A stretch of 51,093 bases of DNA from Lama guanicoe (taxonomy: Eukaryota), in contig MU053684.1 of the NCBI GenBank assembly GCA_013239625.1, positions 1-51,093 on the forward strand, written 5' to 3'. The position numbers were made by a program, and so were the translations under genes. This document shows positions 38,303 through 49,721 of the stretch, one piece after another. Under the pieces are notes generated by a model. It worked only from the letters and a program-made list of their open reading frames with translations. It searched no databases and was not told the origin of the DNA. Position 1 is the first letter of the stretch. Every line of letters starts with the position of its first letter.

Positions 38303-38930
38303 GTAAGTTCCATGCCTCTTCTTATATGATGGTCATCTTCAGCTTCCTATAGGTTCTAGATAATAGAAATTTGTGTCCCTGTCTTTTGCTTATTCTACTA
38401 TCTAGCTGCACCCCACCCCAAGAATGAATGAATTAAGGAGAATACAAACCCCATTTAATAACTCAAAATATATATTATATACATACATGTACATACAGAT
38501 ATATGTATTACATTATATTTTTAAATAGAGGAAACTATCTCAAGTTTATTGTGACTTATCAGCAAGGGAGGGAGCATATTTGTATGAGTGAATGAGACCT
38601 TGTGCCAGATAGCAGAAATAAGAAGAAAAAATGTGAAGGCAGCACAGCATAAATTACCAACCCCTTGTGGTTTTAAGCGGTTGACCAGCCAATGCAAAAA
38701 GGGAAGAGATCAATCATCTCCCCTTCCTGCAGCCTCCCAGACTAAGGTGGCTGCAGAATCCCCCAAGGCATGAAGGCAACTGTATTCTTCACCACAGTGC
38801 ACTGCATTACAACACCTACAAGGGTTCTCTCTCCACAGATATTTCTAATAATCTCTCTCAGAACAGCAGCAGGAAAACTAATCCATCTTTCACCGGCATT
38901 TTGACACTGATTTCTCTCTTTGTTTTCCAG

Positions 38931-38945
38931 CTTCAGGATCCTCTT
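38931..38945 (+). CDS. TSBP1: TSBP1 candidate micro-exon 15 nt (TSGSS)
   Basis: tgttttccag|CTTCAGGATCCTCTT|gtaagt. Confidence 0.72.
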
Positions 38946-39268
38946 GTAAGTTTGAATATCTCCCTTTGTGATGGAACTCAATTGTCTCCAGCGGTATCTA
39001 CACAGATCTACTTGAATCAAAATTTATCCATCCATATTGAGACTGCAGTAGCTTAAAGCTCCTATTTCTCTGACTCCTTATTTTTCTAATACTCAGAATT
39101 TCACTAGGTTATCAATAAGTTTCTAGAATGTTCACTGAGTTACATAAAAATTAAAGAGCAGAGAAAAAAAATTCTCAGTGGTTCTAAGGATTGTCAGCTA
39201 GGGACTTTCCATACAAAAGAGAAAAATGAATGGGAGAAAAAGACATAGATAATATTTCTGTTTTACAG

Positions 39269-39292
39269 CTGGGTCATCTATACAAGCAAATG
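39269..39292 (+). CDS. TSBP1: TSBP1 candidate micro-exon 24 nt (SGSSIQAN)
   Basis: ttttacag|...|gtaagt. Confidence 0.78.
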
Positions 39293-39574
39293 GTAAGTTG
39301 TTTATTTGTCTCTGCTGTGCACTTATCAAAGTCCAGCAATGTCTATTGAAATTTGAGTTCCAGTACAGAAATTTTAAACTCCTATTTTTTCCCCCTTTTG
39401 CTTCTCCATTAACCAGAATTCCATCAGCTGATTATGTTTGCTGGAAAATTCAAATAAACTGATTTTAAACACTTTTCATGCAATTATATCACTAGGAAAT
39501 TTATCAATAGGAAAAAATGAATAGAAGAGTAAACAAGAAGGGGGAAATACAAAATCTCTCTTATTGCTTTTCAG

Positions 39575-39598
39575 CGGGATCAACTCCTCATGCAATCA
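39575..39598 (+). CDS. TSBP1: TSBP1 candidate micro-exon 24 nt (AGSTPHAI)
   Basis: cttttcag|...|gtaagt. Confidence 0.78.
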
Positions 39599-40238
39599 GT
39601 AAGTCTGTGTGTTCATTCTGTTCTCTTCCACAGGGTTCTACTGGTTTCTAGTGGGATCCAAAATTCAGTATCTGGCCATATTGGGATACAAAGGGCTTGA
39701 GGTGCATCTTGACCTCTTGCTACCTCATTATCAAAATCCCTCTGGGTTACTAACGATGTACTGGAAAGTTCTAACACTACTAATTTACATAAATATGAAG
39801 AGGGGAGAATAAATTTTCCTTAGTTATAGAAACCAACACAAGACTGTCTACAGCAAAGAGAAAAATGATGGGAGAGAAAGGAGGGGATAAGAATTTTCTA
39901 AGACAGTTTTCATTTGGACCTCCTGCCCTACTCGATCTGTTTTCCACATTTGAACTTCAAGATATCTGAGGAAAATTTTCCTGATCCTATAGGGTTTTAG
40001 GGACTAGAAGTTCCTATTTCTTTGACATCTTGCATTCTCATTACCAATAATTTTCTCAGCTTTTTAATAATTTTGCAGAAAAAGACAAACTCCACTGATC
40101 TACGTAAAAAATAAAGAGCAGAGAGGAGAGTTTCCCAGCAGTTAAAAATAACATGTTACAAAGGGCTTCACAAAATGAAAAACAAATTGAATGGGGAAGA
40201 AAGGGGGAAAAGATGGTTTTTTCTGTTCTGTTTTCCAG

Positions 40239-40262
40239 CTGGATCAGTTCCACAAGCCCTCA
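40239..40262 (+). CDS. TSBP1: TSBP1 candidate micro-exon 24 nt (TGSVPQAL)
   Basis: ttttccag|...|gtaagt. Confidence 0.78.
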
Positions 40263-40561
40263 GTAAGTCATTCCATGTTTCCTTCACTGTGGAAACCTCT
40301 CCTTTCCCCAGCTATACTAGGATTTCTGGGTATGGGGTACAAGCTTCCATAACCACTTACCTTCCCATGATCAAAATTCTATTGTCATTAATGATTCTTT
40401 AGAAAGTTCAAATCCTGCTGACTTACATTAAACGTACATAAAGACCAAAGGTAACTTTTTTCCCTGTTGTTATAATGACCTACCAAGAAGGAACTCTTAA
40501 GTAGCAGGGGGAACTACAGTTGGAAAGAAAAGAGTTGTGAAGATATTTTTCTGTCTTTCAG

Positions 40562-40585
40562 CTGGTCCATCTTCAGCACCCGGAG
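40562..40585 (+). CDS. TSBP1: TSBP1 micro-exon 24 nt (TGPSSAPG)
   Basis: tctttcag|...|gtaagt; like recalled AGPPSAPR. Confidence 0.88.
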
Positions 40586-40851
40586 GTAAGTTTAGTCTGT
40601 TTTTCTACTGTTTTCTGTTGTTATTGGGAACTGTCCCTGCCCTACTCATTACTAATTGTTGTGTAGCAACCTGCGACTAAGGACTAAGAAACTGAGGTCA
40701 CATCCTTGCCCAAGAATACACAGTCATAGAACAATCATTTAAACAAAGAGCTGTATGACACATAAGCCTCTCCCCTACACAAATATTCCTCCTTAGAAGG
40801 AAACTTGTTCTTTTCAAACAAATATCCACTAACAACTAATTTGTTTTTTAG

Positions 40852-40872
40852 GTCTGCCCATGGCACCCATAA
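40852..40872 (+). CDS. TSBP1: TSBP1 micro-exon 21 nt (GLPMAPI)
   Basis: gttttttag|...|gtaagt; like recalled GPPMAPI. Confidence 0.9.
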   Translation, partial: VCPWHP

Positions 40873-41480
40873 GTAAGTATTACACCTGTTTCTCTACTTT
40901 GGTTCTCTCTGGTCTTCAAAGCCTGAGGGACTTTTTCTGTTAAAGTGATTTGACTTTCTCACTGCTCTCTTGCTTCCTTATTACCCACTTTCCCCTACTT
41001 TATAGACAATTTAAGAAAATACTGATTAGAAGAAAGAATAAATTAGCATTTGTCAACAAAAAAAACTGAAGAATAATATGAAATAACAGAGGTAGGCAGA
41101 ATTTTTGAGAGAAAGGAAGTCAAAAATGATGTTTAAATGAAGATAGAGTTTGGAGTGTTTCCTAAAAGAATACACTGTTATTCAAAGGAAACAGAAATAT
41201 CCCGTGGTCTCTACCTGGTGCTATATTCAAAGTTGTTCAAGTCCAGTAATGAAGAAGGCTTTTAAGGAAAACCAACTTTGACTTCATCATTACACCATCA
41301 CTGCTTAATCTTACATCTAAGTTTTGCATTACAACTATGCTCTAGGGCTATTTGGGGTGCTTTCTTCATATTCTCACCCAAGTCTTCCCCTCACAGACAA
41401 AGGCAGAATATATTAGGTAATATAATGGTTTTTTCCTATTTAAGAAAAGTTACATGAATTTCTTTTTGCTTATTTTTTAG

Positions 41481-41501
41481 TGATTTCACAGAGAACCTCG
41501 A
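41481..41501 (+). CDS. TSBP1: TSBP1 micro-exon 21 nt (MISQRTS)
   Basis: ttttttag|...|gtaagt; like recalled IISQRTA. Confidence 0.9.
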
Positions 41502-43409
41502 GTAAGTTTTTTTACTTCTTAACCTGTCATATGTGAGACTTCTGAGCTTAGATGTTTCTGTTCTAACAGCACAAAAGATTGAGACTGATGTTTCTCATAT
41601 TTGTTTGCTTCCACACTATCCAAAGGCCTCCAGATTAGGACTGCAAAACAACATTTTTGATTCATAACTATAGGAACTCCCATTATTTCAGTTCTTAACT
41701 CAATTTTCCGGGTAATAGACACATACAGTAACTCAATATTTAAACCAGATCAAGCACTGATAATGGAAATAATTAATATAGAATTCATGAACCCACATTT
41801 CACACTATGTTCTAATATTCCATAATTCAAATTTGGATCTCACACCTATACTACAAGCTATTTTTATGCAATCCCAATATTCCCTGGGGTTCCTCTGGTT
41901 GAAATTAAATGACATTAATATTAAAAGTCAAAGTTCCTATCAAGGCTAAAAATTCAGATGCTGACAGAACCCAGGCAGGTAATGTAAATGACTGAGGTGA
42001 GGTACATCCCCTAGGAATTGTGGAGAATGGGAAGGTCACATACTGTCTAAAGAAGATAACTGCTGCTCAGCTCCAGCCAATTTTTCCACCAAAAAAAAAA
42101 AAAAAAGATCTATAGCTGCCAAAGCATCTCACTTAATCCAGATTTTAGGTAAAATCTCTCAAGTTTTTAAAACATGACAGATATATACATCATTCTGACA
42201 AATTGTAATCATGCTTATACACTGCCCATAGTTGCAAAAACATTCTGAATGTATATTTTTTATTTTTAGTATTTTTTATATAATAACAATTTTTATTATA
42301 ACAATTTCAATAATGTTAGGACACAAGGATTGGTAAGTAAGGAGGAAATATTGGAACTGCTAACACAGAATGAGCTAGCATCCTTCTGAAGTTCCCATCT
42401 ATACATCCTTTTAGAATCTTGAGCAAGGAGGCTGACTAGTAAATATTCTTACTGCACAGATGATAATCCTTACTTTACAGAGTCAATGGTGCAGACCCAA
42501 GGATGAGGTTGGAAACCTCAGCTATCCATGTTTGGGCACAGACCCTTTAATTGGGAACAGAGACAAAGGCTCACCTGTGGTCAGCAGAAGGGATTAGTGG
42601 TCGCGCAGCTAGAAATTATAATCCATACTCTGAATTGAATGAATAATGTACTTTTCAGTGGAGGCATTAGGGATGGGCAGGAAAGAGATGTCAAAATTCA
42701 AGATCTAAAGGACTGGGAGGAAGAAAAAAGTTATACCAAAGGAACCCAGGAATATGCCACCTTCTTTTGGGCTGGCTTGGCCTTGGTTGCTAATTTTTTT
42801 AATTAAAAATACACAGCCAAGCTTAAGCATAAAAATGGGAGGAGAGTGTTAGAATGATTTCCAGTGAGTAGAAACCAAATAGGAATACATTGTGAGGAAA
42901 AGGCAAAGTTAGGACCTCAGCAGGAAAGGTGAAGGGACAGAGGAATATAGATAGCAGCTTCACCTCCGAAACAGAGCTAGAGTTTCAACACCTGCTATGA
43001 GATGGCAGCCAAAGCCCCAGGACTCAACAGGTAAGAACTGGAATTGGGCCTCCTTGAATGAAGATGGAGGCAGAAAATACACTTCCTGTCCAAGGAGAAG
43101 AACCAAAATAATTTCACCCATCTGCCCCAGCCATGAAAACAGAGCCACCGGCACAGGTCTGGACCTAAATCTACCCAGGGTGCAAAACTCAACTGGAAGT
43201 GTGCTATCCAAGCAGTGTGGGAATCCCAAGCCAAAACAGTTGATATCTTGTTGGGTGATGGTGTACCCAGGTAACAGGCAAAACAGCAACCACAAAATTC
43301 CCCACAAGAAGGAATCCACAACACAGAGTATTCACAGGATAAAACATCCAAAAAGATAACTCCCAAAGAATAAGAGACTACCCACCCCAAAATTGTGATA
43401 CGTATGAAG

Positions 43410-43660
43410 AAATCCAGGCCAGGAATTATCCTAGGCACTGAGAATATAGCAGTGAAAAAGACAAAGGCCCTGCACTCCAGGAACTTACATTTTAGATTAA
43501 ACCAGGAAAATAGTAGCAAATAAACATATAATAGATGTCAGGTAGATAAATGCCATGAAGAAATATAAGCAGGGTAAACAATTAGACTAGAGAAAGATGG
43601 TATGGAGAAGGAAGAAAGAGCGCTCCAGACACAAGGGGCAAGTACAAAGGGCCTGTTGTG
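43410..43660 (-). mobile_element. LINE-2 3' fragment
   Basis: gccagg...tcctaggcactgagaatatagcagtgaa...ccctgcactccaggaacttacatt. Confidence 0.65.
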
Positions 43661-44137
43661 GGGTACATATTGTAGCCCAGCCTGCTTCTTCTTTCTGTCC
43701 ACTCTCTTGAGGTTCCAGTTCCCCCTGAGCTGAGGCTGAGAAGATGGATTTTACTTAATTAGGCATGTAATTTCCCTACTCTGTTAGTTGTAGGTCATTT
43801 TTTCTGAGGACATAAGATTGACTGCCTTTCAATGTCATCTAGGGCAGGCACCCAAAAGTATTATAGAACACACGTTTTAGTTCTTTGAAGGAATCTCCAA
43901 GCGCTTGCTCAGTTCTGAGAGCTCCATTGTACAGTCTCTAATGTGGAAGTACTGACTCCAGTCTGGACCATTCCAGAGCCCTGTAGCTCCCTCCCCACAG
44001 TATACCTCATTTAACAGACTGTGTAACAGTCACGACCTCAAAGGTGCTTATTAGCATAACTTTCAAAATATATAAAACAAAACTGAAAAATACCAAAGAA
44101 GAAATCAATATATTTATAATTAAATGAGGATATTTTT

Positions 44138-47071
44138 GAGAGAGAAGCAAGATGGCAGAGTAGAAGGACGCTTGTAGCTCACCCTCTCCCACAAATACAC
44201 CAAAACTCACATCTACAGACCTACTCAGCCAACCAGAGAACCTGCTGAACTCCGACAGAACATTGCCCTCTTTGAAAGACAAAGATGCCAAAAATCTGGT
44301 AGGAGAAAAGGAAAAAAAAAAGAAGAAAAAGCAAAACAGTGCAGGACCGATCCCGCAGGGAGGGAGCAGCAAAGGAGGACTGGCGCTCATTTGCTGGGTA
44401 CCCCTCCCCCAACGGAGAGGCCAGTGGGATGGAAGGGGAGCGTCCAAGGCTCAGATCTGCCCCGAGCACCCCTTGGCCAACAGAACTAAGTTAAACAGGC
44501 ACAAAGGGTCCCTGCCACATCCAGCCTGAGATGCGAGCTGGCAGCTGGGGCCGGGACAGGCCACCTGAGGCAGGCGGAGGACTGGGCGGCTGCACTGAGG
44601 CAGCCCCAGGGGACTGCAGGGTGCTGCATGCCATGGCTGGGAGGGGATATGGAGCAGAACAACCTCACTCCCCCATAAATTGCGAAAAAAGCAAAGCAAC
44701 ACAGCTGGTGTGCCCTGGGGGGAGGGGCGCTGTAGCCTTTGTCTCCTCAGACCTGCACCGCCATTACTGGCGCATCTCGCGAGAAGAGAGGCAGGGCACA
44801 GCCACAGCCACCATCTCCTTCTGTGCGCAGCGCCTGGGAGGGGGAGGGGCCGAGACCTGAAGCTGCACCCGGGGGCTCTGCAACCTCCTAGGCAGGGCTG
44901 AGACTTGTCTACGGCCCAAGGCAGATAGGATCGTTCTACCCTGGCACTTCAGAGAATTTGCACCACCAAGACAAACAAGGAGCTGAGATTTGGCAAGGAG
45001 CAGGGGCAGGGCCATTCCATGGTCTTCCCCGAGCCCAGAGCGTCAACCCGAGGCAGAGCAGGCAGCTGCACAGAGCAGCGGAGCGACCGGCACCAGGAGA
45101 GGGTGGGGGGCCACCCTCCTTTCTGACAGGAATGCAGCACCTGACTATGGTGCTGGGAGGGGGCGCAATCCACCCACCTACCTCCCCCCAGGTGCAGCAT
45201 CTGACTGCGGCATCAGGAGGGGGAGTGACCTGCCTGCCCACCGAGTAAGAGCTCAGCTCCTGACCCAGTGTTAGGAGGGGGCGCAATCTGCTAGCCAACA
45301 GCCACGGGGAGCAGCACAGACAAGGGTGCCAACAGAGGGCCTCTGGAAACAACAAGCTGAGTTCGCAAAACAGGGCAAAGACACAATAACCTCTCGATAA
45401 ATTCATTAAGAGCACACCATCTCCAGGAGAACTAGATAACTGATACTCCTTAAGCCACAGTGCCAGAGAGATATGAGCAATATGAAGAAGCAGAGGAACC
45501 ACTCCCAATTAAAAGATCAAGAGAAATCCCCTGAAAGCACAATCAAGGCAATAGACATTGATGGCCTACTAGATCAAGATTTCAAAAAAGGAGTGATCAA
45601 AGTACTGAAGGAACTAAAAGAAATAGTGTTTAGAGATATAAAATATGTCAAAAATGAAATAGAAGCTATAAAGAACCAACTAGAATTAGTAAACTCAATT
45701 GCTGAGATGAGAGCTGACTTAAAGGCTGTACAAANNNNNNNNNNNNNNNNNNNNNNNNNNNNNNNNNNNNNNNNNNNNNNNNNNNNNNNNNNNNNNNNNN
45801 NNNNNNNNNNNNNNNNNNNNNNNNNNNNNNNNNNNNNNNNNNNNNNNNNNNNNNNNNNNNNNNNNNNNNNNNNNNNNNNNNNNNNNNNNNNNNNNNNNNN
45901 NNNNNNNNNNNNNNNNNNNNNNNNNNNNNNNNNNNNNNNNNNNNNNNNNNNNNNNTGGTCCCAAAAGAACTCAAACAGACCCACACCAAGACATATCATA
46001 ATCAAGATGGCCAGAGTCAAGGATAAAGAAAGGATCCTAAAGGCAGCAAGAGAAAAACAGAGTGAGTTACAAGAGAAGAGANNNNNNNNNNNNNNNNNNN
46101 NNNNNNNNNNNNNNNNNNNNNNNNNNNNNNNNNNNNNNNNNNNNNNNNNNNNNNNNNNNNNNNNNNNNNNNNNNNNNNNNNNNNNNNNNNNNNNNNNNNN
46201 NNNNNNNNNNNNNNNNNNNNNNNNNNNNNNNNNNNNNNNNNNNNNNNNNNNNNNNNNNNNNNNNNNNNNNNNNNNNNNNNNNNNNNNNNNNNNNNNNNNN
46301 NNNNNNNNNNNNNNNNNNNNNNNNNNNNNNNNNNNNNNNNNNNNNNNNNNNNNNNNNNNNNNNNNNNNNNNNNNNNNNNNNNNNNNNNNNNNNNNNNNNN
46401 NNNNNNNNNNNNNNNNNNNNNNNNNNNNNNNNNNNNNNNNNNNNNNNNNNNNNNNNNNNNNNNNNNNNNNNNNNNNNNNNNNNNNNNNNNNNNNNNNNNN
46501 NNNNNNNNNNNNNNNNNNNNNNNNNNNNNNNNNNNNNNNNNNNNNNNNNNNNNNNNNNNNNNNNNNNNNNNNNNNNNNNNNNNNNNNNNNNNNNNNNNNN
46601 NNNNNNNNNNNNNNNNNNNNNNNNNNNNNNNNNNNNNNNNNNNNNNNNNNNNNNNNNNNNNNNNNNNNNNNNNNNNNNNNNNNNNNNNNNNNNNNNNNNN
46701 NNNNNNNNNNNNNNNNNNNNNNNNNNNNNNNNNNNNNNNNNNNNNNNNNNNNNNNNNNNNNNNNNNNNNNNNNNNNNNNNNNNNNNNNNNNNNNNNNNNN
46801 NNNNNNNNNNNNNNNNNNNNNNNNNNNNNNNNNNNNNNNNNNNNNNNNNNNNNNNNNNNNNNNNNNNNNNNNNNNNNNNNNNNNNNNNNNNNNNNNNNNN
46901 NNNNNNNNNNNNNNNNNNNNNNNNNNNNNNNNNNNNNNNNNNNNNNNNNNNNNNNNNNNNNNNNNNNNNNNNNNNNNNNNNNNNNNNNNNNNNNNNNNNN
47001 NNNNNNNNNNNNNNNNNNNNNNNNNNNNNNNNNNNNNNNNNNNNNNNNNNNNNNNNNNNNNNNNNNNNNNN
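44138..47071 (+). mobile_element. 5'-intact LINE-1 (GC/CpG-rich 5' UTR, ORF1 from 45473; remainder in assembly gaps), inserted into an older L1
   Basis: Starts gagagagaagcaagatggc (YY1-like site); ORF1 peptide RPTPRHIIIKMARVKDKERILKAAREK; TSD atgaggatattttt at 44124-44137 and 47072-47085. Confidence 0.92.
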
Positions 47072-47259
47072 ATGAGGATATTTTTATAATACCCCTCAGA
47101 AAATAGGTAGAAAAGCAAAAATGATTAAGGCTAGAGAAGCTTTGGCTGACACAATTTTTAAAAGTTTGATGAAAGAGATGTACATAGAACCTTCCATCCA
47201 ACCAGCACAGTCGAAAAATTGAATTTGACTACCAATTCACTCAACTAGAGAGTCAAACT

Positions 47260-47800
47260 AAAAACTTTTGCAGCAAAAGAAAACATCAGCAAAATGAAAA
47301 GGGAGCCTATGGAATAGGAAAAAATACTTGTAAACTGTCTATCTGCTAAGGAGTTAATATCCAAACTATATATATGGAACTCATCTCAATAGCAAAAAAA
47401 AAAATCGTATTTAAAAATGAGCAGCAGAACTGAATACACATTTTTCCAAATAAGATATACAAATGGCCAATAGGTACGTGAAGTCTCTCAACTCACTAAC
47501 CATTAGGGAAATGTAAATCAAAACTACAATAAGACATAATCTCACACCTGTTAGAATGATTATTATCAAAAAGACAGCAAGTGTTGGTGAGGCTGTGGAG
47601 AAAAGAGAATCCTTGTGCACTGTTGGTGGGAATGTAAATTAATACAGCCATTATAGAAAACAGAATTGAGGTTCTTCAAAAAATTAAAAACAGAACTAAT
47701 ATATGATCCAACAATCCCACTTCAGAGTATATATCCAAAAGAAACAAAATCACTATCTTAAAATTACTATCTGCACCCCATGTTTATTTTAGAATTACTT
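47260..47800 (+). mobile_element. Older L1 ORF2 3' fragment
   Basis: aaatggccaataggtac...aaatcaaaactacaataagacataatctcacacctgttagaatg...tgttggtgggaatgtaaatt. Confidence 0.85.
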
Positions 47801-48695
47801 AGAAATAAATAATAAAATTTATGAATTCATAATAGTGATTGCCTTCAAAGAGCAGAGGGAAGAAAATAAACCTGGGATTGGTGATTCGAAGGAATTTTAG
47901 CCATGTCAGTACTATTTTTTCTAAGAAGAAAAATTGGGAACAAATGTGACAAATGTTACATTACAGGTAGTGTGACTATTGATTCCTGAGATACTGTGAT
48001 TTTTAGCATTTTTAAAATAACTGAAAATGAAAAGAAAGCATATAAAACAAATATACTATAAAGTCATGAGGAAGCAGGTAATCATGACAAATATATCTGT
48101 AGATTACCAGTGTGTCCACCTGCAAAAGATTCAGCCCTTTTTGCAGTGCAACCTATCCCTTCAAGTTCTTGGAATCTCTAAAGAAATAACTACACATTTT
48201 CACTGAAATCTTCTATCAGAATAAACCTCTTCTGGTTTCCTTTATGTTATCGACTGCCCATGAGGCTATTTGAAGAAGCTGCCCTTAATAGTGAAGAGAA
48301 CATAGAACTTGCTCTCAGAGAAGGGAGCGACAACCTGGGCAAATCCAGTGGGGAACAGTGGTGAGGACTACAGAGATTAAGAATGTGGGTGGAGATTGGG
48401 AGAGAAAAATGGCAAAGACCAAGAAAGCAGCTCAACTGAAACAGGTGGGGATGTGACACATTTCCTGATTTCACACAATCAGAGACCTAGATGGGAAAGG
48501 AAAGAGTGAGCTCCATCTCTAGCTGTGGCCATTCCTTCCATAACATTCTCAAGGCAAGGTGGTCCTTTCTTAATCTCTCTTCTTTTCACTACTATTCAGT
48601 CTGTGATACTCATCTTAATAATGACATCAGTGATAATGTGTATTTGTTTCATCAGACAACTACACTAATTTGTTCATTTGCCTTTTTTATTAAAG

Positions 48696-48716
48696 CAAGA
48701 CCTGAGAAACCTAAAA
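48696..48716 (+). CDS. TSBP1: TSBP1 candidate micro-exon 21 nt (TRPEKPK)
   Basis: ttttttattaaag|...|gtaagt; phase 1-1, branch-like ctaat upstream. Confidence 0.7.
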
Positions 48717-48959
48717 GTAAGTCCCATGTTTCTCTCAATTCAGTTGTTATCATTGGTTTTTTAGAGTATCTAGAAGCCCTTTTGTGCCCGTTTTTAGCAT
48801 GAATGTGCCAAGGTTTAAGTTTTATATTTCTGACTATGCTTTACTTAATTTTTTCAGCATTTCTCACCTTCTATCTTCTTGTTTCCCTATTTCTATTTTC
48901 AGTATCTTGCTCCATTTTCAACTATCAATTTCCATTTGGAGGCTATAATTGGAACTAAT

Positions 48960-49190
48960 TGGTACTTAATGTGGTACTACAATAATAAATAATATGTATT
49001 AAGTACTTATAATATGCCAGGCACTGTACTTAGAGCTTTATATATACACATACATTATATCAGATAAGTATTGCTATTCCTATTATAAAAAAAGAAGGAA
49101 ATAGATTAGGTAACTTGCCTATGATTCCATAATTATGAGCAGCAGAACCTGGGATTCAAATTCAGGTTTGTATACAGTTAAGCAGTGCCT
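48960..49190 (-). mobile_element. MIR SINE
   Basis: aagtacttataatatgccaggcactgt...ggtaacttgcc...gcagaacctgggattcaaattcagg. Confidence 0.65.
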
Positions 49191-49703
49191 CCATCTCATT
49201 CAAATGAGAAATACGGTCACAGGCCCTAAAATATTTATGCTTATGGGGAAAATAAAAATTTTCTAAAATTAATCTAAAAAATATTAGCACAGAAGAATCA
49301 TGGTAACCATGATAAATCCATAGAATAATTCTAAAGAAGTGATGGAAAAGAGAGGAATAAAAAGAAGAAGAGGCAATAAAGGGTAAATTATATAAAAATC
49401 TTACCAGTTGATGATTTTTGAAAGTTTGAATTAGCAGAGAGAAATCAGAAGGAAGAAAATAGCCTTTCTGAATGATTCCACTCTTGCCTTTCTTTCCAAA
49501 AAGGCTCTCAAATTAAAAGGGACTTGAGCAAAATAATCTGAAGATACTTATCCTCCCACTATATTTAACTGACTCTAAAAAGAGGGTTTGGTGGTCTCTT
49601 AAAGTCCTGTTTCTAAAATTCCAGCATAAAATATTTGAGAAGTAACTCTGTTCTTTACCCAGAAACCTCCCATTCATTTAATTATTTGATTTCCTTTTCA
49701 CAG

Positions 49704-49721
49704 TAAGGCAAGAAGAACCAG
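49704..49721 (+). CDS. TSBP1: TSBP1 candidate micro-exon 18 nt (IRQEEP)
   Basis: cttttcacag|TAAGGCAAGAAGAACCAG|gtaagt. Confidence 0.72.

Noticed and set aside
38900..40900. CRISPR-like periodicity
   Set aside because: Mammalian DNA; the units are diverged ~320-bp intron-exon modules, not identical repeats with spacers
42320..42332. ttag|13 nt|gtaagt
   Set aside because: Poor pyrimidine tract and not a multiple of 3
42960..43519. Overlapping 119-174 aa ORFs
   Set aside because: No domain or splice support; partly overlaps L2
44936..45508. 190-aa antisense ORF and other overlapping ORFs in 44000-45500
   Set aside because: Expected by chance in a GC-rich L1 5' UTR; no recognisable domain
45574..47201. 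Long ORFs of 300-500 aa
   Set aside because: Artefacts of translating through N gaps
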